Positions 27,110-37,022 of a stretch of DNA of 64,000 bases are shown here, in pieces. A model generated the notes under the pieces. That model was not told the DNA's origin. It did not search any database and worked only from the letters and a program-made list of their open reading frames with translations. The DNA comes from a virus. Position numbers and translations under genes: made by a program. The stretch spans positions 188,878 through 252,877 of IMG/VR virus record IMGVR_UViG_3300025030_000039; one strand, given 5' to 3'. Within the stretch, counting starts at the first letter, position 1. Each line of letters opens with the position of its first letter.

Positions 27110-27694
27110 ATGAAAACTTTCTTATTAACAATAGTATTATGTTTTATTTCCATTTTATCTTTTTCTCAATATCAAGATTATGAAAATAGAATTAAAAAAT
27201 TTCATCATCATAATCACTATTATTCTTATTATGATTATCCAAATTATAATTATGAATTATATAGTTATTATGTTAAATCTTGTAATTTTGAAATAATTAT
27301 TTCATTTAATTCGAATACATATTATAAATATTATGTGTATGATAGAAAGTATAATAATTATTGGAGCTTATTTAATTATAACTACAATGTTAATTGTTCT
27401 AACTATAGTAATCTCAGATCTAATAATAATATATCAATACAAACAAACAAACCACAAGTAGTAAATAATACAAAGCCTATTATTTATAATAAACCTTCAT
27501 CAACGAACATCTCTGTTAATAGAAAGCCTTATTATAATAGTACCTATAATAACAAATCATCTAATACTACGTATAATAAAAATAATTATAGTAAGCCTGT
27601 AACAGAATCAGGTAAATTTCATGGAACACGAAATACGAATCACGGAATAAAAACTCAAAAAATTAACAAAACAGTAATTAACCATCGTCATTAA
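27110..27694 (+). CDS. secreted Tyr/Asn/His-rich low-complexity protein
   Basis: N-terminal signal peptide (MKTFLLTIVLCFISILSFSQ), then HHHNHYYSYYDYPNYNY... low-complexity sequence. Confidence 0.45.
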   Translation: MKTFLLTIVLCFISILSFSQYQDYENRIKKFHHHNHYYSYYDYPNYNYELYSYYVKSCNFEIIISFNSNTYYKYYVYDRKYNNYWSLFNYNYNVNCSNYSNLRSNNNISIQTNKPQVVNNTKPIIYNKPSSTNISVNRKPYYNSTYNNKSSNTTYNKNNYSKPVTESGKFHGTRNTNHGIKTQKINKTVINHRH

Positions 27695-28145
27695 AAAATA
27701 AAAATTATATAAAATCTAAACAATTTTTTACGGATTACTAATCACGGAATAAACTGTCAAAATTAATTAATTTCCATATAAATGAAAATACTATAAATTG
27801 TATAAAAACATTAAATGTAAATTATAAAGCTAGAAATAGCTGAATAATAAATTTATGATTAATAATCTTAATAACTACAAAAATTCTAATAACCACAAAA
27901 CAAATAAAGTTAATTACAAAACAAAATTAAAAATACGTTAATCTTTCTATTTTAAATTTTAATACCATTTTATTAAATTTAAGTAAATATAATAATTTTG
28001 TAAATATTAAAAAATATTTGAATATACATATTTTTAATGCATTGGGATTTTTTATTAACAATTTTGGCCGCCTATTGTTAATAAAAAAACTACAAAATTT
28101 ATAGAATTCTATATATAAATTATAATATAAATTACTTTAATTTTT

Positions 28146-28742
28146 ATGTTAGCAATAGCTCCACCTAATAAAAAAGAGATTATAAACTATTCTAATTGGT
28201 TAGAAAAAAGAAAAATACCTTTTCATATACTTAATGAATATGATAATATAAATAGTTATTCTATGCTTATGTTATGTGGAGGTCCTGATATAGGAAAAAA
28301 TAAATTAAGAGATGAATTAGAAATAAAATGGTTTAATGATGCTTATAGAAAAATTCCTGTAATTGGAATTTGTAGAGGATTACAATTAGTTAATATTATT
28401 CTTAATGGTACTCTTTATGAAGATTTATCTGATGAATTAATAATGCATTCGACTGATAAAAATTCTATTTCTAATGAACCTTCTTCAAATTTAAATTCAA
28501 GTTTTCATAATATTATATACAATAATTTTAAAATTGAAGTTAATTCTAGACATCATCAGGGAATTAAAGTATTAGGTGAAGGATTAAAACCTTTAGCATA
28601 TAGTGAAGGAGATAATTTAATAGAAATGATTAAAGGATTTAAATCTTTATTTGTACAATGGCACCCTGAAAGAGAAGAAGTATATGAAATGCCAGCAGAA
28701 AGAATCGTATCATTGTGGATAGAAAAGTTTATGTTACTTTAA
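28146..28742 (+). CDS. class I glutamine amidotransferase-like protein, peptidase C26 / gamma-glutamyl hydrolase type
   Basis: MLMLCGGPD, the GICRGLQ catalytic Cys elbow, SRHHQG and VQWHPE His/Glu motifs. Confidence 0.7.
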   Translation: MLAIAPPNKKEIINYSNWLEKRKIPFHILNEYDNINSYSMLMLCGGPDIGKNKLRDELEIKWFNDAYRKIPVIGICRGLQLVNIILNGTLYEDLSDELIMHSTDKNSISNEPSSNLNSSFHNIIYNNFKIEVNSRHHQGIKVLGEGLKPLAYSEGDNLIEMIKGFKSLFVQWHPEREEVYEMPAERIVSLWIEKFMLL

Positions 28743-28760
28743 TTCTAAATTTTTATTTTT

Positions 28761-28782
28761 AAAACTTTTTTATTATATTTAC
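28761..28782 (+). promoter_or_regulatory. class A promoter-like motif (AAAACTTTTTTATTATATTTAC)
   Basis: Identical core to 1781-1802. It sits 18 nt before the ATG at 28800. Confidence 0.45.
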
Positions 28783-28799
28783 TTTTAAAATAAAAAAAT

Positions 28800-29606
28800 A
28801 TGCTGCCTGATAATATTTTTGATTCTCCTGAAAATCCATTATATCTTACACAAAATTCATTTTATATTCCGTTAACATGTACTAGGGAATCTGAAAAAGC
28901 TAAATTATTGACATGGAGAATAAAAGATAAAACTAAATCTATTTGGGTTCCTGATAGTGTAATAGAAGAAAAATTAAAAAATCCATCATTTTTACCAGAA
29001 AGTTATAATACTTATAAATTAAAAAGTTATTTTTATTCCAGAATAGAACAAAGTATTAATCCAAACGAAAAAGGATTTTTTAGTGAAGTTGCAAAAGGTT
29101 TATCAATTATTATAAAATTAGAAAAAGAAAAACAAGAAAAACAAAAATTAAATCTTTTTATAAAACGATGTAAATCATTATTAAATTTATTTGATATAAA
29201 TATTAATGATTATGATAAAAATTTTATTTATACTTCAGCTGGATTAATGACATATTCATTGGAATTTAATCGCCTAATGCCAGGTTTAAATTTATCTTTA
29301 ACAATTCCGAATAAAGTTACAACTGAAGCAACATTTATTACCGGCTTTTGGAATAAATTTCAAATTGATGGATATATTAATAGTAATAGTTTATTAGGAA
29401 TTTTACTTGCATATGATGCGTATAGAACAGATTTACCTGAAGAATATAGAGTTAAATTATTAAAAATGTATAATAATAAAATATTAACTCATGATAAAAC
29501 ATTTGAATTTTCTGATGATCATTCCGTATATAAAAATGGTTTAGAAGAAAGACAAATCATTTATATCTTACTATCAATACTAAAAATATTAAATATTCAA
29601 ACTTAA
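28800..29606 (+). CDS. hypothetical protein (268 aa)
   Basis: Track ORF. Confidence 0.45.
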   Translation: MLPDNIFDSPENPLYLTQNSFYIPLTCTRESEKAKLLTWRIKDKTKSIWVPDSVIEEKLKNPSFLPESYNTYKLKSYFYSRIEQSINPNEKGFFSEVAKGLSIIIKLEKEKQEKQKLNLFIKRCKSLLNLFDININDYDKNFIYTSAGLMTYSLEFNRLMPGLNLSLTIPNKVTTEATFITGFWNKFQIDGYINSNSLLGILLAYDAYRTDLPEEYRVKLLKMYNNKILTHDKTFEFSDDHSVYKNGLEERQIIYILLSILKILNIQT

Positions 29607-29609
29607 ATT

Positions 29610-30071
29610 ATGAAAATTAACGAAATTATAAAAAATATACTTGAATTTATTATCTTATCAAGTAAATGGTTATTAATACCATTCTATTTAAAGTTATTTT
29701 GGACGTTAATAAAATTAATGTATCATTTTATTTATCAAGGTGAAATAAGTAATGAAGATATAATATCTACTTTAGAAGATATAGATATTGTTATGATTGC
29801 AAATCTTGTAAAAATGATTATAGTTGGAAGTTATAATTCATTTGTATATAAATTAAATAATTTAGAATCTGAACATATTACATCAGGTGGATTAAAAATA
29901 AAAATGGCAACATCTATAATAGGCGTATCATCTATTTATTTATTACAAACTTTCATTAATGTTACAAATATTTCACAAGATATAATTATTAAGCAGATAT
30001 TAATATTTGGAGCATTTATTATTGGAGCATTAGTTTTAGCAATCATAAATTATTTATATTCAAAACATTAA
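29610..30071 (+). CDS. membrane protein (multiple TM segments)
   Basis: Track ORF with several hydrophobic stretches. Confidence 0.45.
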   Translation: MKINEIIKNILEFIILSSKWLLIPFYLKLFWTLIKLMYHFIYQGEISNEDIISTLEDIDIVMIANLVKMIIVGSYNSFVYKLNNLESEHITSGGLKIKMATSIIGVSSIYLLQTFINVTNISQDIIIKQILIFGAFIIGALVLAIINYLYSKH

Positions 30072-30072
30072 T

Positions 30073-30246
30073 ATGCTAAGACGAGAATTTAAGCCTGGTG
30101 AAAAAGTAATATTAGATGAAAAATATGCTAATAGTTCTATAGTTGAAGTAGTTAGTCAAACTCCTAAAAAATTATATACTATGGTAAAATCAGAAACTTC
30201 TGAATGGGAAGTAATGACAATTAGACTTACTTCAATAAATAAATAG
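30073..30246 (+). CDS. small hypothetical protein (57 aa), below the track cutoff
   Basis: Hand translation gives MLRREFKPGEKVILDEKYANSSIVEVVSQTPKKLYTMVKSETSEWEVMTIRLTSINK. It starts 2 nt after the upstream stop. Confidence 0.3.
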   Translation: MLRREFKPGEKVILDEKYANSSIVEVVSQTPKKLYTMVKSETSEWEVMTIRLTSINK

Positions 30247-30406
30247 TTTCAGATATTCCTAATGTATCGTTATTAAAAAATCCATCTACAATAGATTTAT
30301 TTATATCTTCTTTTAAAGAAAAATTATCATTAATAATATTTAAATCTTTGGATATTGAACAACTATAATTTAAAATAATAATAAAAATTAAAATTAATCG
30401 CATCAT
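30227..30406 (-). CDS. small lipoprotein (59 aa), below the track cutoff
   Basis: Hand translation gives MMRLILIFIIILNYSCSISKD..., a signal peptide plus lipobox Cys. It overlaps the previous small ORF convergently by 20 nt. Confidence 0.35.
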   Translation of the reverse strand: MMRLILIFIIILNYSCSISKDLNIINDNFSLKEDINKSIVDGFFNNDTLGISETIYLLK

Positions 30407-30511
30407 ATTTTTATTTTATATATAACTCATTTTTATTTAAAACGATGATACGCATATTAATTAATTATTAATTATTCGTTAAATATATAGTATATAAAAT
30501 AAATAATAATT

Positions 30512-30853
30512 ATGGATACTTTAAAAACTTATCAAGACTATAATAAAGAATTAGATGAACAGGAAATAGAAAAATCGTTAGTTAATGCAAAATCTATTAC
30601 TGAAAAATTAATGTCTAAATTACATAAAATAGCTGAAGATATAGTTAAAAATAAATCAAAAAAACCTTTAAAAGAATCTAAAGAACAAGATAAAACTATA
30701 AAGCAAGTTAATAAAGTTATTAATGAATGGTTAATAGGACTTGGTTATGGTACTGGTGCTGGATATCCAATACTTTATGATTATGGAAATTTAGCTAAAA
30801 ACTATGCACAAAATCAAATTAAAGAACCAAGAGACGGTGAAGAAAAAGAATAA
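30512..30853 (+). CDS. hypothetical protein (113 aa)
   Basis: Track ORF. Confidence 0.4.
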   Translation: MDTLKTYQDYNKELDEQEIEKSLVNAKSITEKLMSKLHKIAEDIVKNKSKKPLKESKEQDKTIKQVNKVINEWLIGLGYGTGAGYPILYDYGNLAKNYAQNQIKEPRDGEEKE

Positions 30854-31153
30854 TTAATTTAATTCATAAGAAATTTTATTTATAATTTTATAATTTAAAT
30901 CATAAAATATTTCAGTTATATGAAAATTAAATATTTCTATTTCTTTAAATTCCCCTATATCAAATTGAATTCCACCATCTCTCATTGGAAACACATTTAC
31001 TTGTGTTATAAATATAATATTTGATAAAGATTCTAAAAGTATTATTGCCGATTCAATTGATTGTATAGTTGTTTTTTCTGCATCATAAGTATCCCAATTC
31101 TTTTCTAAATCTAGAAAAGATAAAATTGTTTTATTTAATTCTTTTTTATTCAT
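30854..31153 (-). CDS. hypothetical protein (99 aa)
   Basis: Track ORF. Confidence 0.4.
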   Translation of the reverse strand: MNKKELNKTILSFLDLEKNWDTYDAEKTTIQSIESAIILLESLSNIIFITQVNVFPMRDGGIQFDIGEFKEIEIFNFHITEIFYDLNYKIINKISYELN

Positions 31154-31977
31154 TAGTAATGTAAATTTAAATACAAATTATTTTGATCATCTTTATAATA
31201 AATCGGAGAAAAAATTGGTGAATATTGATCTTTGGTATCATTTAACTCTTCTTCTGTATATTTATTTAATTTAGAAACATCTAAGTTTGGATATTCTTCC
31301 TTATCATTATATTCTCCGTCCATTTTTTCATTATGTTCTAATGCATTATAATATTGTTCTCCTTTTTTACAAATTACTGCCCATCCTTTAGATCTAAATC
31401 CTTGTGGATATGGTTTTAACTCTCCTGTTCTTGGATTTTTATCACAACACATTCCAGTAATATCATTACCATTATAATATGAATCGGGTATTCTTTGTAC
31501 AAACAATTTCGCAGTACTTGGTATGTTATGTTTTTCTATAAATTTTAAAAGATTATCTATTGTGCATAAATGTTTATTTGTAAAATAGTCTGATTCAACT
31601 TCATTTCTAGTTGGTTTAAACCACCCCATTTTTTCATCAATTAATCTTTTATATCTTGAAATATAATCTATTATTTCAGAAGGTAACCATTGTTTATTAT
31701 CTTGTCTTGATAAATGCTCATATGCTTCTATAATTTTATATTCATCTCTTTTTTGACAATCAATAACTATATTAATTTTTAATGACTCATCTGAACACCA
31801 AACTCTGATGTTATGAATTATTTTAAATTCATCATGTTCTTTTTTATAGATTAATTTATCTCTAGATGGATATTCCCAAGTACCTGTAACATTATAATGT
31901 CCGTTTTCTTTTACTTTACATGCAGAAGTAAAAAAAGAAATAAAATTTTCATCTAAATATTTTTTTACATTTATCAT
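31153..31977 (-). CDS. hypothetical protein (274 aa)
   Basis: Track ORF. Confidence 0.45.
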   Translation of the reverse strand: MINVKKYLDENFISFFTSACKVKENGHYNVTGTWEYPSRDKLIYKKEHDEFKIIHNIRVWCSDESLKINIVIDCQKRDEYKIIEAYEHLSRQDNKQWLPSEIIDYISRYKRLIDEKMGWFKPTRNEVESDYFTNKHLCTIDNLLKFIEKHNIPSTAKLFVQRIPDSYYNGNDITGMCCDKNPRTGELKPYPQGFRSKGWAVICKKGEQYYNALEHNEKMDGEYNDKEEYPNLDVSKLNKYTEEELNDTKDQYSPIFSPIYYKDDQNNLYLNLHY

Positions 31978-32750
31978 AGTTCAATTATTTTTTTAGGATT
32001 ATATCCTGAAAATTCTAAATTATATCCCTGATAACCGTATTGATTACATGTTAATATAGTATTATTTATTTTTACATCTTCTATATTTCTATGGGAATGA
32101 CCATATATCCAATAATCTATATTATTATCAGCTATAATATCATAATTTTCTGATACAAAAGCATTACTAATAATACTTGATTTATAATCAGGATGGACAA
32201 CTAATTTAGTCGGTAAATGATGTGTAACTACAACAGTTTTCGTATTTTTATTATCTTTTAATGCATTAACTATAAAAAATTTAGCATCTAAATGTAATGA
32301 ATTAAAATCTTTATATGATAATGTATATTTTCCTTTTTTGATATGATTAAAGTCCATTACATTTCTTTCAATATAAAAAGATTCATATTCATTAATATGA
32401 GACCATAATGTTGAAAAAATAAATTGAACTCCTTTATAATCAATTGAGACATTATTTACTAAATGAATATTATCTCTAATATCTTCATTTAAAAATGGCT
32501 GTGAAATTTTATTTAAATCACTTAAGTAATAATATTCATGATTGCCAGGAACAATAAAAATTTTATCAAAATACATTGATAAATGATCAAAAATAGGATC
32601 ATTATAATGTAACTTGTCCATTTTAGTGATATCACCGGCTAATATTAAAACTTCACCACTAGGAACAATTATTGAATTAATGTTTTGAGATATAAATTCA
32701 TAATTTATCATTCTCTCTAAATGAAGATCTGATAAATATTGTATCTTCAT
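31974..32750 (-). CDS. calcineurin-like metallophosphoesterase
   Basis: All the phosphoesterase motifs are present in order: SDLHLE, AGDIT, PGNHEY, VVVTHH and GHSH. Confidence 0.75.
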   Translation of the reverse strand: MKIQYLSDLHLERMINYEFISQNINSIIVPSGEVLILAGDITKMDKLHYNDPIFDHLSMYFDKIFIVPGNHEYYYLSDLNKISQPFLNEDIRDNIHLVNNVSIDYKGVQFIFSTLWSHINEYESFYIERNVMDFNHIKKGKYTLSYKDFNSLHLDAKFFIVNALKDNKNTKTVVVTHHLPTKLVVHPDYKSSIISNAFVSENYDIIADNNIDYWIYGHSHRNIEDVKINNTILTCNQYGYQGYNLEFSGYNPKKIIEL

Positions 32751-33037
32751 TTAAATGAATTATAATGTTCCTTTTTAAATGTTATGAATGATAATTTTTC
32801 ATCAACACATTTTTCACAAACTTGAGCAGTCCATTTTTCTTCATCATTATGTTCGCTGTAATATCCCCAATAAGCAGAAAGATTCATATAAGAAAATTCA
32901 TAAGTTTTTTCTCCATTATCTACTCTTAAATCATTTTCAATAACACCTTCATTAACTTTGCAGCTTTTGCCACAAATATCACATAATATATCTATAACTA
33001 CTTCTTGCTTTTTTAATTGTACTTGTTTAATTTCCAT
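32747..33037 (-). CDS. Zn-ribbon hypothetical protein (CDICGKSC...CEKC)
   Basis: Track ORF. Confidence 0.4.
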   Translation of the reverse strand: MEIKQVQLKKQEVVIDILCDICGKSCKVNEGVIENDLRVDNGEKTYEFSYMNLSAYWGYYSEHNDEEKWTAQVCEKCVDEKLSFITFKKEHYNSFK

Positions 33038-33326
33038 TTATTAATAATTTTAAATATATTTGTAAATCTGCACACATTTCATAATCCTGACATTCAGCTA
33101 AAATAGTTATTGATTCTTTTAATTTATTTATTTTTTCTTCTAATGATATTTCTTGTGATTTAATAAATGACATTGGATCAATCATCATTTCTAAATAAAA
33201 CCCTTTAGCTTTTTGAATACTTTTTTGTTGTTGTTTATTTAAATGAGCATTTAATTTTTGCTGAATTTCATTATTAACTAAAATATTATTTAGTTCATTG
33301 TCATTACTATAATTTGGAATATACAT
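33027..33326 (-). CDS. hypothetical protein (99 aa)
   Basis: Track ORF. Confidence 0.4.
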   Translation of the reverse strand: MYIPNYSNDNELNNILVNNEIQQKLNAHLNKQQQKSIQKAKGFYLEMMIDPMSFIKSQEISLEEKINKLKESITILAECQDYEMCADLQIYLKLLINGN

Positions 33327-33450
33327 AAGAATAAAATTTGAAATTTATATTTTTGAATTATATGTAAATTTAATAAAAAAGTTTAAAAAATAAAAAAATT
33401 TTAATACATTCTTTTTCAAAAAATTATTTGATAACTAATATTTTAAATTT

Positions 33451-33472
33451 AAAACTTTATTATTATATTTAC
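33451..33472 (+). promoter_or_regulatory. class A promoter-like motif (AAAACTTTATTATTATATTTAC)
   Basis: One mismatch to the 1781 and 28761 copies. It sits 20 nt before the ATG at 33493, at the start of the 33.5-40.3 kb plus run. Confidence 0.45.
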
Positions 33473-33492
33473 TTTTAATTATATAAAAATTA

Positions 33493-33888
33493 ATGAAAAC
33501 CTTAAAAACAATAGGTAGAATAATATCAATAAATTGCAATGCTGAACTTGATAACGGAGAAATATTATCTTTAAATTTAAGTAATAAAGATTTGATTTCT
33601 TGTCCAGGAGTTGATAGCATACATACAGTAAGTTCATTAATTGGTCATTTAATTGGAACTCCTATTGAACAATTTGTTATTAAAAATCCTATAGAATCTC
33701 AACTTATTAAAGATGTAAAAAATAAATTAGTAGAAGTTCATTCTCGTACATCTATTATTCATTTAACTAAAGGTGTTAAAGTTGATCTTTATACTATAAA
33801 AGGATTTAAACAACACACTTATAAATATGATTCATATCAAGATGCATATGATGATTTAGAATATTGTCGCAAATATTTAAACAATTAA
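33493..33888 (+). CDS. hypothetical protein (131 aa)
   Basis: Track ORF. Confidence 0.45.
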   Translation: MKTLKTIGRIISINCNAELDNGEILSLNLSNKDLISCPGVDSIHTVSSLIGHLIGTPIEQFVIKNPIESQLIKDVKNKLVEVHSRTSIIHLTKGVKVDLYTIKGFKQHTYKYDSYQDAYDDLEYCRKYLNN

Positions 33889-34232
33889 TTATGATGAGTA
33901 TATCTGAAAAACAAAGATTTAAAATCAGTATAATTGATTTTATCGTTGAAAATGGAAAACATGAAGTTGGAAAAGATAAGTTAGGAAATACTGTATGTTT
34001 AGGAGATTTAGTAAAATATAATAATGAAGATAATTGGTTTATCGTTTATCGTTATGGAAATATACTTTTAAAACAAGTAGGAATGATCGCTATGATTGGA
34101 AGTATACATTTTGTAAGTGGAGATTTTTCTAATGTTGAAAAACAAAATGCTTTTGCCTCTGGAGTTGATTGGCTTGCTATTGGTTATGAAGATGAACCAT
34201 TTTATGAAAAGGTAAAACATTTAGTTAAATAA
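33864..34232 (+). CDS. hypothetical protein (122 aa)
   Basis: Track ORF. Confidence 0.4.
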   Translation: MSQIFKQLIMMSISEKQRFKISIIDFIVENGKHEVGKDKLGNTVCLGDLVKYNNEDNWFIVYRYGNILLKQVGMIAMIGSIHFVSGDFSNVEKQNAFASGVDWLAIGYEDEPFYEKVKHLVK

Positions 34233-34235
34233 TAT

Positions 34236-34538
34236 ATGATACAAAAATTCAGAAAGAAACCAGTTGAGATTGAAGCAATCCAATGGAACGGAAACTCAAA
34301 CAGAATGGAAATTGAACAATTTGTTGGAAGAGAATTAAAAACAGAATTAGAAAGTGAAACGGCTTATGTTGCTGGGAAAGGTGCTCCAATTTTTAGTTTA
34401 TTAATCGAAACAAAAGAAGGAGTAATGAAAGCATTTAGAAGTGATTGGATTATTAAAGAGCCTTTTCCAACTGGCGATAGAGATTTTTATCCTTGTAAAA
34501 ATAATATTTTTAAAAATACTTATGATGTAATTAAATAA
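34236..34538 (+). CDS. hypothetical protein (100 aa)
   Basis: Track ORF. Confidence 0.4.
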   Translation: MIQKFRKKPVEIEAIQWNGNSNRMEIEQFVGRELKTELESETAYVAGKGAPIFSLLIETKEGVMKAFRSDWIIKEPFPTGDRDFYPCKNNIFKNTYDVIK

Positions 34539-34697
34539 ATTATGAAATCATTTATTTTTGTAGGATTAATAATTATTGCTAATGCTTATAATCCAGCATT
34601 TGTAGAATCTAATGAATCTACATTTTTATTACTTTTTATATTTAGCTTTATTTATGAAATAAGATTAGATTATTTAAAATATAAAAAAAAATAAATT

Positions 34698-35054
34698 ATG
34701 AAAACATTTTATATAAATGGTATAACTATAGAATTAGATGAAACTAAAACTTATTTAGATTTTTATTTAATTAAAGGAGAACCACAATTAAAATCAATAG
34801 ATTTTGAAAAGATGCTACAATATGCGTCTGAAGATAAATTAAAAATTGATGCAGAATTTAAAACACTTTTAGAATATTTAAAAAGATGGACAGTAGAAGC
34901 TCCTAGAAAAAGAGGTTATCGTCAAATGAAAAGAGATGGAATGATTGTATTAAGTGGTGAATATTTCTTTGAAAATGATGAAGGAGAAGAGATAATTAAT
35001 AATTTGGAAAATACTGGAATTTTAACTGAATATTTACTCGAAAAATTATATTAA
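34698..35054 (+). CDS. hypothetical protein (118 aa)
   Basis: Track ORF. Confidence 0.4.
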   Translation: MKTFYINGITIELDETKTYLDFYLIKGEPQLKSIDFEKMLQYASEDKLKIDAEFKTLLEYLKRWTVEAPRKRGYRQMKRDGMIVLSGEYFFENDEGEEIINNLENTGILTEYLLEKLY

Positions 35055-35657
35055 ATGGAACATCTAATTGATGGAGAAAAAGCATATCCTATTTATAAAT
35101 TAACTGCTAAATGGGAACAAGACGGAGAACATGACCCAGAATATCCAATTTTTCATAAAGGATTAAAGGAAGGTAGAGTTCATAATTCAACAGGATTTTC
35201 GTATATGTTTAAAGTTGAACAAACAGATGCTGAATTAACGATATTTTCAAGTAATTGGTGGACAAATCATTATAATAAAATTGATAAATACGATAAAGTT
35301 CCTTTATCAGAAAAACATGTAGATAATTTAGTTATTGAATTTAAATTGATTGAATATGAAACTTGGTATTTAACATGGTTTCAACATCAAACTTTCGATA
35401 ATGGCCAAACTAATGAAGAGGTTTTAAGAAGTTTTGAAAAATTTGTAAGAAGAAAAGAAGATTTAAATCATAAAAACAGTCATTGGGGAGGTGATAGAAA
35501 TTTTGATAATGATAAACCTTTCTATACATTAATGGGCGCTGAAGATAGATGGAGATGGCATGGATCGGGAAAAAATGGAAAACCTGATGAACACAGTCCA
35601 GCTCCGTGTAGATGTAAATATTGTAAAGAACAAGGTGTAATAAGAATAGCACATTAA
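35055..35657 (+). CDS. hypothetical protein (200 aa; Trp-rich, C-terminal CRCKYC)
   Basis: Track ORF. Confidence 0.45.
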   Translation: MEHLIDGEKAYPIYKLTAKWEQDGEHDPEYPIFHKGLKEGRVHNSTGFSYMFKVEQTDAELTIFSSNWWTNHYNKIDKYDKVPLSEKHVDNLVIEFKLIEYETWYLTWFQHQTFDNGQTNEEVLRSFEKFVRRKEDLNHKNSHWGGDRNFDNDKPFYTLMGAEDRWRWHGSGKNGKPDEHSPAPCRCKYCKEQGVIRIAH

Positions 35658-35658
35658 T

Positions 35659-36225
35659 ATGTTAAACATTTCTAAAAAACGAAAATTTCCTTTTAATGAA
35701 TTAAAAGATGGTTGGACTGTTACTGATAAGTATTTTATATACGAAATACGTAAAAAATATATTGGAAATTTTCTTAATACATGGTTTATTGGAGATAAAA
35801 TACAAGCATCTAATTTAGAACGTAATAAAGTTAAATTTAAAAATGGAGAATTAAGAGATTTCATTATAAAAGATGAATTTATAACAGTTAAAAAGGTTAA
35901 TAAAGATACATCATATAAATTATACAACAGAAAATATAATCCTATTTCTATAACAATAATGTGCCCTACTGGCGCCAAATTCAAGCAGAATGATAATGGA
36001 GAATATTTATATGAAATGAAAGCTCAAATTCATTCTGTTGATGATTCATCTTTTAGAATATGGTGGGCTTATTACTATAATAATAAAAATACATTTAAAG
36101 AATTAGAAATAATACGATTAAAATTAATGAAATGGATAAGTTCTCAATCTATTATTGATGGTAAAGATTTTTTACTTAAATGTCTTGAATTAGGTGCAGC
36201 AAAAGAAAGTATCGATTACAATTAA
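35659..36225 (+). CDS. hypothetical protein (188 aa)
   Basis: Track ORF. Confidence 0.45.
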   Translation: MLNISKKRKFPFNELKDGWTVTDKYFIYEIRKKYIGNFLNTWFIGDKIQASNLERNKVKFKNGELRDFIIKDEFITVKKVNKDTSYKLYNRKYNPISITIMCPTGAKFKQNDNGEYLYEMKAQIHSVDDSSFRIWWAYYYNNKNTFKELEIIRLKLMKWISSQSIIDGKDFLLKCLELGAAKESIDYN

Positions 36226-36235
36226 AAATTAAATT

Positions 36236-36457
36236 ATGGAAACAAAAGTATTAGAATTGAAAAAGTTAGTTTTAGCAGACGCAGTTTCAACAGAAATTCC
36301 AGATGGAAGTTATTCAGGCAATCGGGGAGGTTATGTCGTTACCTTTAGTGTTAAAAATATAACTTATGAGGCTAAATTAAATGTTGGTGTTAAATGTATG
36401 AGCTGTCCTTGTACTGTGAATGTTAAAGATGGTCAAATAACTATCATAGAATATTAA
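36236..36457 (+). CDS. hypothetical protein (73 aa)
   Basis: Track ORF. Confidence 0.35.
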   Translation: METKVLELKKLVLADAVSTEIPDGSYSGNRGGYVVTFSVKNITYEAKLNVGVKCMSCPCTVNVKDGQITIIEY

Positions 36458-36458
36458 A

Positions 36459-37019
36459 ATGGAAAATTTAAAAGAAAAATTAATAGAATTATTTTTAAAA
36501 TCTTGTAATGATTTTAAAATATCAAGAGCAGAAAACTTTCAGAATTTTGATATCCCAAGTGAATCTCGTGTTAAAATTTTAGATTTTTTACCAAAATTCA
36601 TACGTATAGGAGATAAGTTTTTTAAATCTACAAATGAAGTTATTCACAATTATGGATATGGATTTAAATATAATGATAATCCGCCTTTAATGATTGCATC
36701 GTATTTTAATACATATACATATAAATACGGAACATTTTTTCCTCTTATAAGTTATTTATTTTGGGACAATTATATAAATAGAAAAAAAGGAAATAAATTT
36801 GCTACAGATTATGTTAATAAAAATGAAGATGCTTATTATACTGATTGTGAAAATATTTTCAGTAAAACGATTACTATTGAAATGCGTGCTAATTTTATTA
36901 TTCATGGAACATTAGTTTCTAAATTAACAGAAAAAGAATTCATTAATTTACATGATGAATTAACAAATAGTATTAAAAAGCACGATATATTTAAATTAGA
37001 AGAACGATTAAAAGATTAA
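36459..37019 (+). CDS. hypothetical protein (186 aa)
   Basis: Track ORF. Confidence 0.45.
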   Translation: MENLKEKLIELFLKSCNDFKISRAENFQNFDIPSESRVKILDFLPKFIRIGDKFFKSTNEVIHNYGYGFKYNDNPPLMIASYFNTYTYKYGTFFPLISYLFWDNYINRKKGNKFATDYVNKNEDAYYTDCENIFSKTITIEMRANFIIHGTLVSKLTEKEFINLHDELTNSIKKHDIFKLEERLKD

Positions 37020-37022
37020 ATA

